This document shows, piece after piece, positions 17,565 to 27,707 of a stretch of 64,000 nucleotides of DNA. A program made the position numbers and the translations under genes. The notes under the pieces are model-generated. The model did no database searches. It saw nothing but the letters and a program-made list of their open reading frames with translations, and was not told the origin of the DNA. Origin of the DNA: Planctomycetota bacterium (lineage in GTDB: Bacteria > Planctomycetota > UBA1135 > UBA2386); contig CANMWZ010000001.1 of NCBI GenBank assembly GCA_947501605.1, forward strand, positions 32,001 through 96,000, given 5' to 3'. Positions within the stretch are counted from its first letter, which is position 1. The number at the start of each line of letters is the position of its first letter.

Positions 17565-20048
17565 ATGGACTGGATCACTTCAACCTATGGGGCGCTGTCT
17601 GCGGCGCCATCTTGGATCTCCTGGCCGGTCGCCGCAGCCCTGCTGCTGGCGCCGCTTCACCTCGGTGCACGGCTGTGGCTCTTCACCACGCTGACGGCCG
17701 CCACCCTGTGGCTTTGCGGTGCGCCCGTGTGGTTGTTCGCCGTGGTCATGGCGCCGCTCGTGTTCTTCTTGGCCCCGCCACTGCGCACGATGCTCAGTGC
17801 CCGCGTGCTGAAGCTGATGCGGGATGGTGGCTTCTTGCCGCAGATCAGCGAGACCGAGCGCACCGCGATCGCGGCCGGAACCGTGTGGCTCGACGGCGAG
17901 CTGTTCAGCGGCAAGCCGAACCTCGAACGCCTCGCGTCGGCGGACTACCCCGATGTCTCGGCGGAGGAGCGCGCGTTCCTCGACGGTCCCGTCGCTCGCG
18001 TTTGCGAGATGACCGACGACTGGGAAGTCACGCAGGCGCGCGACCTGCCACCCGCGGTCTGGGACTACCTGAAGCGCGAACGCTTCTTCGGCATGATCAT
18101 CCCCAAGGAGTACGACGGCCTCGGTCTGTCGGCGTCGTGCAATAGCGCCGTCGTCACCAAGCTGACATCGCGATCCCTGCCGCTGGCAATCACGGTGATG
18201 GTCCCCAACTCGCTCGGACCGGCCGAGCTGTTGATTCACTACGGCACCGAAGCGCAAAAGGACCGCTGGCTGCCAGCGCTCGCTCGCGGTGAAGAGATCC
18301 CGTGCTTTGCGTTGACCGAGCCGGGTGCGGGTTCGGACGCCGGCGCAATCAACGCCAGCGGCGTGGTCTTCCGCGGCGACGACGGTCGCCTGATGGTCCG
18401 CCTGACCTGGAACAAGCGTTACATCACGCTGGCAGCGGTCTCGACCGTGCTCGGCCTCGCGTTCCAGTTGCACGACCCGGAGAACCTGCTCGGCAAGGGC
18501 CCATTCCTCGGCATCACCTGCGCGCTGATTCCGACTTCGGCGCAAGGCGTCGTCCTTGGCAAGCGCCACGACCCGCTCGGCGTGCCGTTCTACAACTGCC
18601 CGACCAGCGGCAAGGACGTCGTCGTCCCGCTCGAAGAAGCTGTGATCGGCGGCGCCCAGGGCGCGGGCCACGGCTGGCGCATGCTGATGGAGTGCCTCGC
18701 GGCTGGCCGTGGCATCTCGCTGCCCGCCTGCAGCACGGGCGGTTCGCAATTGACGGCGCGCGCCGTCGGCGCCTACGCGGCGGTTCGCACGCAGTTCGGC
18801 ATGCCGATCGGCAAGTTCGAAGGCATCGAGGAGCCGCTCGCGCGCATCGCCGGCTTCAACTACATCCTCGAAGCCGCGCGGCGCTACACCTGCGGTGCTC
18901 TCGACGCCGGCGCCAAGCCCGCGGTCGTCACCGCGATGATGAAGTACAACACCACCGAGATGTGGCGTCAGGTCGTCAACGACGGCATGGACGTCATGGC
19001 CGGTGCCGCCATCTCGCGCGGTCCGCGCAACCTGATGGCCAATGCCTACACCGGCACGCCGATCTGCATCACCGTCGAGGGTGCCAACATCCTCACGCGC
19101 ACGCTGATGATCTTCGGCCAGGGTGCCATCCGCTGCCACCCGTACGCCTTCCACGAGATCGAGGCGCTGGCGCAGAACGACATCAAGCGCTTCGACAAGA
19201 ACCTGTGGGGCCACATGGGCCACGTCGTGCGCAACGGCGTGCGTTCGGTGCTCTTGGCGCTGTCGCGCGGTCGCCTCGCGGCCTCGCCGGTCAGCGGCCC
19301 GGCTGCGCCGTACTGGCGCAAGCTGAGCTGGGGCTCGGCGAAGTTCGCCTTCTGGGCGGACGTCGCGATGGGCACGCTCGGCGGCAACTTGAAGCGCAAG
19401 GAGAAGATCACCGGCCGGTTCGCCGATGCGTTCTCCTGGCTCTACCTCGGCGCCGCCGTGCTGCGCCGCTTCGAAGCCGAAGGGCGCAAGCAGGAAGACC
19501 TGCCGCTGCTGCGCTGGAGCATGGACTACGCGTTCTCGCGCATGCAGGTCGCGTTCGACGGGCTGTTCCAGAACCTCGAAGTGAAGGGGCTGACGTGGGC
19601 GATTCGCGGCCCGCTCACGTGGTGCTCGCGCCTCAATGGACTCGGCAGCGGCCCGAGCGATCGCATGGGCGGCAAGGCAGCACGAACGCTGCTGCAGCCG
19701 TCCGCGCAACGCGATCGCCTGACGCCGGCGATGCACATCCCGCAGAGCCCGACCTCGGCACTGGGCCGACTCGAGCACGCACTGCAGCTCAGCCTCGAGG
19801 TGGAGCCGATCCACAAGAAGCTGAAGGACGGCATCAAGACCGGCCGTCTGCCGAAGGCGCGCCCGGACCAGTTGCTCGATCGCGCGTTGGAGATCGGGCT
19901 GTTGACCGAAGCGGAGCGCACGCTCGCACGCGATGCCGAGGCAGCGCGCGCGGAAGCGATCGCGGTCGATAGCTTCACGCTCGAGGAGTACAAGCGCACG
20001 GCGCTGTCGAGCGGCACGACGGAACGGCCCGTCGGCGCCCGCGGGTAA
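17565..20048 (+). CDS. fadE: Acyl-CoA dehydrogenase, FadE type with DUF1974-like C-terminus
   Basis: 827 aa; PQISETER, VMVPNSLGPAELL, CFALTEPGAGSDA, WNKRYITLA, ITVEGANILTR, LKRKE. Confidence 0.93.
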   Translation: MDWITSTYGALSAAPSWISWPVAAALLLAPLHLGARLWLFTTLTAATLWLCGAPVWLFAVVMAPLVFFLAPPLRTMLSARVLKLMRDGGFLPQISETERTAIAAGTVWLDGELFSGKPNLERLASADYPDVSAEERAFLDGPVARVCEMTDDWEVTQARDLPPAVWDYLKRERFFGMIIPKEYDGLGLSASCNSAVVTKLTSRSLPLAITVMVPNSLGPAELLIHYGTEAQKDRWLPALARGEEIPCFALTEPGAGSDAGAINASGVVFRGDDGRLMVRLTWNKRYITLAAVSTVLGLAFQLHDPENLLGKGPFLGITCALIPTSAQGVVLGKRHDPLGVPFYNCPTSGKDVVVPLEEAVIGGAQGAGHGWRMLMECLAAGRGISLPACSTGGSQLTARAVGAYAAVRTQFGMPIGKFEGIEEPLARIAGFNYILEAARRYTCGALDAGAKPAVVTAMMKYNTTEMWRQVVNDGMDVMAGAAISRGPRNLMANAYTGTPICITVEGANILTRTLMIFGQGAIRCHPYAFHEIEALAQNDIKRFDKNLWGHMGHVVRNGVRSVLLALSRGRLAASPVSGPAAPYWRKLSWGSAKFAFWADVAMGTLGGNLKRKEKITGRFADAFSWLYLGAAVLRRFEAEGRKQEDLPLLRWSMDYAFSRMQVAFDGLFQNLEVKGLTWAIRGPLTWCSRLNGLGSGPSDRMGGKAARTLLQPSAQRDRLTPAMHIPQSPTSALGRLEHALQLSLEVEPIHKKLKDGIKTGRLPKARPDQLLDRALEIGLLTEAERTLARDAEAARAEAIAVDSFTLEEYKRTALSSGTTERPVGARG

Positions 20049-20218
20049 GCCGCGGCGGCCTCGGTCCCAGACCCGAGCCGGGGCGTCAACGGACGCGCCG
20101 GCTCGCGGCGTTTAAAGGGGGCCATCCGTCCCGCAAACCCCGAATCCGCCCAGGTCGGTAGGGCTTCGCCGCCCGGCCCTGCTACCCTCTTCCCCCGCCC
20201 GCCTCCGGGCACCCCTCC

Positions 20219-21481
20219 ATGCTCCTGTTCGTCCTTTCCGTCGCGTTCGCGCTGATCGTCTCGTTCATCTCGTCGTTGCTCGAAGCTGCGTTCCTGAGCA
20301 TCACCCCATCGCGGGTCGAGAACTTGGCCAGGAAAGGCAAACGCGCGGGCCTTCTGCTGCGGGAGTTCAAGGGCAAGCCTGAGCAGCCGATCGCCGCCAT
20401 CCTGGTGATGAACACCATCGCCAACACTGCTGGTGCCGCGGTTGCGGCAGCGAGCTTTGTCGTTGCCTTCCCGGATGCACCAGACTGGTGGTTCGTGGTT
20501 GCGTTCACGGTCGTAGTGCTGCTGTTCACCGAGATCACGCCGAAGACGATCGGCGTCGTGCACGCCAACTCCTTGGCGGTGCCGGTCGCCCACACGGTGG
20601 ACCTGCTCGTTCGGATACTGCGCCCCCTGTTGGTGGTGACGCGCTTGGTCTCCCACCTGGTGGGACAGCGAGACGGCGAACATCACCAATCCCTGGAGGA
20701 AATCCGGCTGCTGGCGACCGCCGGCCATGCCCAAGGCGCCTTCGGTTCGTTGACCGCCGACATCATCGCCAACGCCACGCGCCTGCGCGATCGGCGCGTG
20801 CGCGACGTAATGGTGCCCAGGCATCGCGTGGCCTTCTTGTCCGGCAAGAACAGCATTGGCGAGACGCTCGAAATGCTGCATCGCACGGGCCACAGCCGGT
20901 TCCCCTACTCGCCCACGGGTGAGCTCGATGACACCAAAGGTGTGATTCTGACCAAGGAGTTGCTGTTCCACCTGCGCGAGCATCCGGCCCCGGATTGGAC
21001 CGAGCTGATGGTGCCGCTGCTGATCGTGCCGGAGACCGCGAAGCTCAACCACCTGCTGCGGAGCATGCAGAAGGAGCAGCGCCACATGGCGATGGTCGTC
21101 GACGAGTACGGGGCCATGAAGGGCCTCGTGACCCTGGAAGACGTGCTCGAAGAGATCGTCGGCGAAATCCAGGATGAACTCGACGACGACGCGACCGAGC
21201 TCGTGTCCAAGCCGGACGGGCAGATGCTGTGCCGCGGCCAGACCGAGGCGCGCAAGGTGTTTGCCAAGCTCGATCTCCACGACGTCGAGACCGAGAGCCA
21301 GACGATCAGCGGGTTCCTTGCCGAACAACTCGGCGATGTCCCGTGGGCCGGCGCCGAGATCGACTTCCGCGGCTACCGCTTCGTCGTGACCAAGGCCAAC
21401 AACCGCCGCGCCGATCGCGTACGCATTCTGCCGCTGCCCGAGCAGCTCGAGGCCGACGCCGACGGCAACGATGCGAGCTAG
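20219..21481 (+). CDS. CNNM/hemolysin-family protein (DUF21-CBS-CorC)
   Basis: SLLEAAFLS, EITPKT, VMVPR, HSRFP, VVDEYG..GLVTLEDVLEEIVGEI. Confidence 0.92.
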   Translation: MLLFVLSVAFALIVSFISSLLEAAFLSITPSRVENLARKGKRAGLLLREFKGKPEQPIAAILVMNTIANTAGAAVAAASFVVAFPDAPDWWFVVAFTVVVLLFTEITPKTIGVVHANSLAVPVAHTVDLLVRILRPLLVVTRLVSHLVGQRDGEHHQSLEEIRLLATAGHAQGAFGSLTADIIANATRLRDRRVRDVMVPRHRVAFLSGKNSIGETLEMLHRTGHSRFPYSPTGELDDTKGVILTKELLFHLREHPAPDWTELMVPLLIVPETAKLNHLLRSMQKEQRHMAMVVDEYGAMKGLVTLEDVLEEIVGEIQDELDDDATELVSKPDGQMLCRGQTEARKVFAKLDLHDVETESQTISGFLAEQLGDVPWAGAEIDFRGYRFVVTKANNRRADRVRILPLPEQLEADADGNDAS

Positions 21482-21613
21482 TGACTGCTGGATGACAAAC
21501 GCACAGGCCGCTCGCCTGCTGGGATGCACCGACCTCGAAACCGCGAGTGGCGTCGAAATCCCCGCATCGATGCAGCTGGGAAGGCGACAGCAGGGATGGG
21601 TAGCATGCCTCGC

Positions 21614-22057
21614 ATGAACCTGCGCAGTCAGATCGCGCCGTTCGCGTTCGCTGTAGTCCTGCTGCTGCTACTGCCGTTTGTCGTCAACGCCCAGTCAGGT
21701 CGCACCACGTGGCCAAGGCGTGAGATCCTCGATGCAATCCGGTTCGTCGAGAGCAGCAACCTGGACAACGTGCAGGACGGCGATGGCGGTCGCGCCATTG
21801 GTCCGTACCAGATCCACGAGGTCTACTGGGACGATGCGCGCAAGCGCGAACCAGGCATCGGTGGCAGCTATCAGGATTGCCGACAGCGAGCCTATGCGGA
21901 ACGGGTGATCGCCGCCTACATGCGCCGCCATGTCGAATCGGCGTGGGCCGAGGGCAACGCCGAGATCATCGCCCGCACCCACAACGGTGGGCCGCGCGGC
22001 GCGCAGAACCCTGCGACGCGCGACTATTGGCGTCGCGTGCGCGCCCGCTTGCCCTGA
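21614..22057 (+). CDS. Secreted lysozyme-like protein (resembles i-type lysozyme/destabilase)
   Basis: Signal peptide; AIRFVES, GDGGRAIGPYQIHEVYWDDA, ARTHNGGPRG, YWRRV. Confidence 0.75.
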   Translation: MNLRSQIAPFAFAVVLLLLLPFVVNAQSGRTTWPRREILDAIRFVESSNLDNVQDGDGGRAIGPYQIHEVYWDDARKREPGIGGSYQDCRQRAYAERVIAAYMRRHVESAWAEGNAEIIARTHNGGPRGAQNPATRDYWRRVRARLP

Positions 22058-22082
22058 AGCAAGGGGCGCGCGTCCCGTCGCA

Positions 22083-23972
22083 TCAGAACTGGAACACGTT
22101 GCGCCAACTCGCCCACGCTGGCGCTGGCCAGACGATGCCGTTGTGCAGGTCCGCCGACTGAAGGTCGACGCCAGTCAGGCCCGGCGGCAGCGCGAACCAT
22201 GTGTTCAGCCCCGAGGCCGGGACCGCCTGGCTTCCCAGGGTCAGCAGCAGCGCGTCCGTCGGCAGGCACAGGAAGCCACGATCGCCGACGCCGAAGTTGA
22301 AGCCTGCCGTCAGTCCGCTGAAGTTGGCGAAGACCCAGGTCTCGTCCCCTTCCTTGGCGCGCGACATCACGGTGAGGCCGTCGGCGGCAAGATGCAGCGG
22401 CGGGATGACTGAAGTGCTCATCGCGGCGCTGTAGTCGAAGCGATCCCAGGTGAAGACCGTGCTCGTGCCGCGGGGCAACTCGCCGGCCTGAGGCTGCAGC
22501 AACCCGCAGCGCGTGTTGGTGGCGAGTTCGCCATCCGGGCCGAGCAGGCCAAAGTAGAAGTCACTACCGCGGACCTGGACGCTCGACGGCGAGCAGTTGT
22601 CGACCAGGTAGGTGTTGACGTCACCGAAGCCGGCGATCGAGGTCGTGAGCGTTCCCAGCGCCGCCGTGCCGTTCGGTGAGTACGCACCGACGGTGCCCGA
22701 CAGGGTGAAGTCGCCGACCGCACCAACGTACGGCGTGACCGCCGCCCAGTAGACGCCCGCCGGCAAGCTCATCGCCACGCGGCTGTAGTACTGGTGCGGA
22801 CCGAAGGGATCGTCATCTTCGACGTCGAGCAGGTAGTCGAGGTCGCGATCGAGCAGCGCGAGGTTGGTGTCGAACACCGGACTCACCGGACCGTCGTCGG
22901 TCTGCATGTCGAGGTGCGCCTCGCTCGAGAGGTCGATCCGCACGAGCCGCATCGACTCCGCTCCGACGAGATCCCCCACGGCGCTGCCAGCCGACGCCAG
23001 ATCGGCGAAGACCACCGGCACAGCCGAGAAGTTGACCGTGAAGGAACTGCCACTGCCGCCCGCCGGTTCCGAGACGTAGGCGAAGTACTGGCCCGCAGGC
23101 AAGTCGATGTCCGCCGCGGCGTCGAGTCCACCGACCGAGCTGTCATCGTTCGAGAACACGACAACGCCGTCAGCGCGCTGGATCACCAGTGCGGTGTCGA
23201 CGCTGGACGAAACCTGCAGGTCGATCCTGCTGTCCGGGACCGTGAACGAGAACACGTCGTGCAGTACCGCACTGGCCGGAATCTGCGTCGTGCCCGAGCC
23301 AGCACCGCTCAAGGCCGCAACTGCAACATCATCGCGTCGCGCGACCAGGTCGTAGGTACCGCCGCCGGTGCCGTTGTAGCCCGAGACCTCGAGGTAGTAC
23401 GTGCCCGCCGGGAGATAGACGCTGACGCTCGACATCGCCGGGAACGAGTTGTCGTTGACCGCGATCGGGTCGCCCTTGTAGTTGCGCACAGTCAGCCACG
23501 AGTCGGCAACCGGATGGGCGCCAGCGGCGTTGACATCAAACGTGTAGAAGCCGTCCGCCGCGGCGACGTAGCGCCAGCAATCGACGTCGTCGAGATCCGT
23601 GCAGTCACCGCTTGCGGTCTGGCCGGCCATGTCGTCCGCCCATTGCCAGCCGTCGTTGGTCTCGTGCTCGAACGCGTTGTCGACCGAGATCGCCTGCACG
23701 CTGCCGCTGGTCGGGGCCTCGATGTTCTGACGCCACGCGGGCAACGCCGTTCGGCCTTTGCCCTGCATCGAGCGATGGGCGCTCTTCAGTTGCAGCTGCT
23801 GCTCCGGCGTCTGCGCGACACCCGCGAGTGAGGCTTGCTCGAGCACTCGCTTCATTGTCGCATTGCGCAACTGTGGGTACTGAGTCTGGAGCCAATCGCT
23901 CATAGGCCGCGACTGTGCATTGGCGAGTCCGGCGATAAGGCCGGCAGCTAGGAAGAAACGACCAAACGACAT
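22083..23972 (-). CDS. Secreted protein with tandem PPC-like (pre-peptidase C-terminal) beta domains
   Basis: Signal peptide ending ANA; HETND; repeats D(S/T)xL..NDD/EDD..LPAGxY; GGAG RBS; no catalytic domain recognised. Confidence 0.72.
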   Translation of the reverse strand: MSFGRFFLAAGLIAGLANAQSRPMSDWLQTQYPQLRNATMKRVLEQASLAGVAQTPEQQLQLKSAHRSMQGKGRTALPAWRQNIEAPTSGSVQAISVDNAFEHETNDGWQWADDMAGQTASGDCTDLDDVDCWRYVAAADGFYTFDVNAAGAHPVADSWLTVRNYKGDPIAVNDNSFPAMSSVSVYLPAGTYYLEVSGYNGTGGGTYDLVARRDDVAVAALSGAGSGTTQIPASAVLHDVFSFTVPDSRIDLQVSSSVDTALVIQRADGVVVFSNDDSSVGGLDAAADIDLPAGQYFAYVSEPAGGSGSSFTVNFSAVPVVFADLASAGSAVGDLVGAESMRLVRIDLSSEAHLDMQTDDGPVSPVFDTNLALLDRDLDYLLDVEDDDPFGPHQYYSRVAMSLPAGVYWAAVTPYVGAVGDFTLSGTVGAYSPNGTAALGTLTTSIAGFGDVNTYLVDNCSPSSVQVRGSDFYFGLLGPDGELATNTRCGLLQPQAGELPRGTSTVFTWDRFDYSAAMSTSVIPPLHLAADGLTVMSRAKEGDETWVFANFSGLTAGFNFGVGDRGFLCLPTDALLLTLGSQAVPASGLNTWFALPPGLTGVDLQSADLHNGIVWPAPAWASWRNVFQF

Positions 23973-24447
23973 GATGAGTCTCCGAGGGAGTGCAAACGCC
24001 GCTGGAGTAACGACTCCCGGCATGGATAGGGAAAGGCAACGCAGCGAGTCCGTCCTGCGAAACCTCCGGAGATTCTTACCACGAATCCGAGTCTTGGGGA
24101 TGGGCTCCTCAGCGGTGGCGAACAGACCGACGGGAATCCACGCACGCGGCTGTTTGGACCATGCATCGCGGGCCATCCGCACTCCATGTGGCAGGACCGA
24201 TGCCATCGCAACCTCACACACGCGCTCGCTTCGCTTCAGGGAGCGCTCGGCGCTGGCAGCACGGCCAACCGCACGCTGGCTACGAATCTGTCCCCACCGC
24301 CAAAAATCGCGGGAGCGAGCTGCCGTGAACCTCCTCGCTGGGCCAGCCCCTGTCGCCGAGCGCCAATCGGGAGTGCGACGAGAACGCCGACGGATCGGCC
24401 GTTAGCAGGCAGTTCTCGCGCAGCCGAGAAGAGAGCCCTGGTGCCGC

Positions 24448-25317
24448 TCAGCCCTCGCGACCTGCGATCAGGCCGAGCAGCGCCGCGACCGACAGCACGT
24501 CGAGGCGATTGTGCTCCAAGACGCGGTCGATCTGCCCCGTCCGATCGCGCAGCCATTGGAGAAATGCCACCGGCGCTTCGCTGCCAGGCAAGTCGTCCGC
24601 ACGGTGCAGAGAGAGCCGCTGTTCTTCGACCGTGCGCAGCTTGCAGTCGGGGAGCTGCTTGCCGAACGCGCGGCGCGCGGCGTAGTAGAGATCGAGATGC
24701 TGAGCCGTCAAGATCGGTGCCTGCAACCGATGCACCGCAAGGCGGGCGGCGATGCGATGGCGATCGAAGCTCTTGCCGACGTAGCTGACCAACACGGGCC
24801 GTTGCTGCAAGCGCTCGGCCACGGCCATCAACATCGCCGGCTCCTCGCCGAAGTCGCGCAAGAACAGCTGTTCCAACACGAAGAACCCATCCTCGAACCA
24901 ACCGAGACCGACGTTGAACACCACGGTGCCTGCGCCGCCCGAAAGGCCCGTCGTCTCGGTGTCGAAGAACAAGCACTGGCGCGGGTCCAGCGTCGCAAAC
25001 GCCGGGTCCTTCGCCAACACCGCGAGGCGGTCCCCGTCCAAAAGCAGCGCGCGGCCAAGCGCCATCGCGCCATGACGGTGTGCGAGCGGGTAGCGAAGCT
25101 GACGTCGCCAGTAGACCCCGTGGGCATTCTGCGCGACTTCCCCTGGAGGCAACTCGACGGGGCTCAGCTTGGCGCGTCGCTCCTGCAGCCGCCGCTGCAG
25201 CAGGGCGCGCAGCTCGTCGCCCGTCTCGACCGGTAACGCGCCTGGCAGTTCGGTGCTCGTCCGTTCGCCGCCGCGTCGAAACGCCGCGCGCAGCTTCTCT
25301 CGATCGGGAGCAACCAT
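24448..25317 (-). CDS. mrfB: RNase H-like DEDD exonuclease (YprB/MrfB-like)
   Basis: FFDTETTGLSGGAGT, VSYVGKSFD, HLDL, LEHNRLDV; TGATG coupling to the helicase gene. Confidence 0.85.
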   Translation of the reverse strand: MVAPDREKLRAAFRRGGERTSTELPGALPVETGDELRALLQRRLQERRAKLSPVELPPGEVAQNAHGVYWRRQLRYPLAHRHGAMALGRALLLDGDRLAVLAKDPAFATLDPRQCLFFDTETTGLSGGAGTVVFNVGLGWFEDGFFVLEQLFLRDFGEEPAMLMAVAERLQQRPVLVSYVGKSFDRHRIAARLAVHRLQAPILTAQHLDLYYAARRAFGKQLPDCKLRTVEEQRLSLHRADDLPGSEAPVAFLQWLRDRTGQIDRVLEHNRLDVLSVAALLGLIAGREG

Positions 25318-27638
25318 CAGTTGCTGGCCTCGCCAGTCGTGGCCTTGTCGCACGGCACTGCCTCGTCGAGCAGCCCCTCGAGAATGGCGACGGCGACCTG
25401 CTTGGTGCGGGCGCCAAGGCTGGGGTGGGGCCCGACGCACGCCGGACATCCGGAGGCGCACGGGCACCTCGTCGCCACGCCGAGTGCCGCGCGCAGTATC
25501 TCACGATGCGTGCGGAACACGCGCTCGGCAAGACCGACGCCCCCTGGCACGCGGTCGTAGAGGATCAACGCCGGCGCGCAGAAGTGCGGGTGCCGCACTT
25601 CGGCCAGCACTCGAATGTCGCCAGGGTCGACGCGCAAGAACAGCGGCACGAGTCCTTGCAGCAACTCGCCGATGCCCTGCAGGCACCCGGCCTCGCCACC
25701 GCGCAAGAAGCCAAGGCGCAGAACCAGTTCGGGTCGCAAGACCAACGCACAGGCCTCGGTCTCGAACTCCTCGGGCGGCAGGTGGATCTCGCCGATGCCG
25801 ACGTTCTCACGGGTGTAGAACTTGATCTTCTTGAACGCCTTGGCGAGCGTGCTCACGTGAACCTCGCCACGGTGCGCGTGGTAGCCGGCATACTCGAGCG
25901 TTTCATCGACGCGCAGCAGCTTGACGTCGGTCTCGGTATCCGCCTCCGTGTAGTAGTCGGCATCGACCTTGCGGACGAACGCCCGTCGGTCCTGGTACTC
26001 GAAGCGCTCGACGATCCAGGTGTCGCCTTGATGGCCGTAGATCGCGCCTTGGTAGACCTCGGTGATTGCCGAGGGCCGATCGATCTCGGCCAGGATCGTC
26101 CGCGTCTCCACGTCCTGGATCGTGACGTTGTCCATGTCGGCAGCGGTGAGGCTGACACCCTCGGCCGGATAGGTGAGATCGGCGTAGTGGTAGCGTCCGC
26201 CCTGCTTCACCAGGACCTGCATGTCGTGTTCGAGGAACTCGAGCACCTGGTCGATACCCTGCGCTTGCCCGAACCCGTCGTTCGCGTCGATCGGCAACTC
26301 GAACGCCGCGCAGCGAACGTGGTTGGTCAGGATGATCGGGTTGTCGGGATCGATCGCGACCGCGTCGCGCCGCCCGTCGAACAGGTACCCCGGCTGGTGC
26401 ACCAAGAACTGGTCCATCGCGGAGCTGCGCGCCACGAACACGACCGCGCTCTCCTGCGTGCGGCGTCCGACCCGGCCGGCGCGTTGAAACGTGCTCGACA
26501 CCGTCCCTGGGTAACCGACCAGCACGCAGACATCGAGACTGCCGATGTCGATGCCGAGTTCGAGAGCACTCGTCGACACCACGGTCTTGATCGAACCACT
26601 CTTGAGTCCGCGCTCGATACTGCGCCGCAACTCGGGAAGGTAGCCGCCGCGATACCCCGCGACCGACTCCTGCGCGACGTGCTTCTTGGCGGCGTCGTCG
26701 CGCAGGTACTTCAGCAGCACCTCGGTACCGTTGCGCGAGCGCGTGAAGAAGATCGACTGCAGGTCTTGGCCGATCAGCTCGCTTCCGAGCTGTCGCGCCG
26801 CCTCGCTCGCCGGCACGCGCAGGCCCTGCGCCGGGCTCAAGAGTTGGGGGTTCAAGAACAGGAAGTGCTTGCGTCCCCGTGGGCTACCGTCGTCGTCGAC
26901 GACTTCGACTTTGCGCTCGAACAGCCGCTTGCCGTGTTCGCCGGCATTGGCGACGGTCGCCGACGCACCACAGAACACCGGGTCGCTGCCGTAGTGCCGA
27001 CAGACGCGCTGCAGTCGCCGCAGCACGTTGGCGACGTGGCTGCCGTAGATGCCCGACAACGTGTGCAATTCGTCGACGACCACGAAGCGCAACGCCGAGA
27101 ACAGCCCTTGCCACTTGGTGTGATTCGGCAGGATGCCGGTGTGCAGCATGTGCGGATTGGTCAGCACGAGATGCCCCTTCTCGCGCAGCGCCTGCCGCAC
27201 CGACGGCGGCGTGTCGCCGTCGTACACGGCTACCGTGAGATCCTCGCGACCGACGGCAGTGAGCAGCCCTTCCAGGTCGCGCATCTGGTCGCGCGCGAGG
27301 GCCTTGGTCGGAAACAAGTAGAGCGCCCGCGCCTGCAAGCCATCGCGCAACAACGCGTCGAGCACAGGCAGGTGGTAGCACAGCGACTTGCCCGACGCCG
27401 TCGCCGTGGCGACGACGACGTGCTTGCCCTCGTGCAAGAGGTCCGCTGCCAGTCGCTGGTGGCAATACAGCTCGATGGCCCCGCGACCCTCGACGGCGCG
27501 CCGCAGTTCGGGCAGCAACCACTCGGGATACGGCGCCATGCGCGCAGGCCTCGGCTCTTGGCAGTGCCAGGCTTCGACCTTGCCAGGCGCATCCCGCTCG
27601 TTGCGCCGCAGTTTCTGCACGAAGCTGCTCAGGTCCAT
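25317..27638 (-). CDS. mrfA: DEAD/DEAH helicase with DUF1998 (MrfA/YprA/Hrq1 family)
   Basis: TATASGKS, FPTKALARDQ, YDGDT, VVDELH, STSALELGIDIG, QRAGRVGR, C-terminal CPCASGCPAC. Confidence 0.92.
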   Translation of the reverse strand: MDLSSFVQKLRRNERDAPGKVEAWHCQEPRPARMAPYPEWLLPELRRAVEGRGAIELYCHQRLAADLLHEGKHVVVATATASGKSLCYHLPVLDALLRDGLQARALYLFPTKALARDQMRDLEGLLTAVGREDLTVAVYDGDTPPSVRQALREKGHLVLTNPHMLHTGILPNHTKWQGLFSALRFVVVDELHTLSGIYGSHVANVLRRLQRVCRHYGSDPVFCGASATVANAGEHGKRLFERKVEVVDDDGSPRGRKHFLFLNPQLLSPAQGLRVPASEAARQLGSELIGQDLQSIFFTRSRNGTEVLLKYLRDDAAKKHVAQESVAGYRGGYLPELRRSIERGLKSGSIKTVVSTSALELGIDIGSLDVCVLVGYPGTVSSTFQRAGRVGRRTQESAVVFVARSSAMDQFLVHQPGYLFDGRRDAVAIDPDNPIILTNHVRCAAFELPIDANDGFGQAQGIDQVLEFLEHDMQVLVKQGGRYHYADLTYPAEGVSLTAADMDNVTIQDVETRTILAEIDRPSAITEVYQGAIYGHQGDTWIVERFEYQDRRAFVRKVDADYYTEADTETDVKLLRVDETLEYAGYHAHRGEVHVSTLAKAFKKIKFYTRENVGIGEIHLPPEEFETEACALVLRPELVLRLGFLRGGEAGCLQGIGELLQGLVPLFLRVDPGDIRVLAEVRHPHFCAPALILYDRVPGGVGLAERVFRTHREILRAALGVATRCPCASGCPACVGPHPSLGARTKQVAVAILEGLLDEAVPCDKATTGEASN

Positions 27639-27707
27639 CCCAGCACCTGCGATCGATCGCTACCGCCCATCCCAGGATGCTAGCGGCGGCGCTCGCGAAG
27701 ACGATGG

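Noticed and set aside
17580..19814. 744-aa antisense ORF
   Set aside because: Shadow of fadE caused by high-GC codon bias; no motifs
24030..24075. Loose resemblance to a c-di-GMP-I riboswitch (GGCAAC..GCGAAACCTCCGG)
   Set aside because: Lacks the GNRA/receptor architecture and is on the opposite strand from the adjacent downstream gene
25080..27683. 867-aa plus-strand ORF
   Set aside because: Antisense shadow of the DUF1998 helicase
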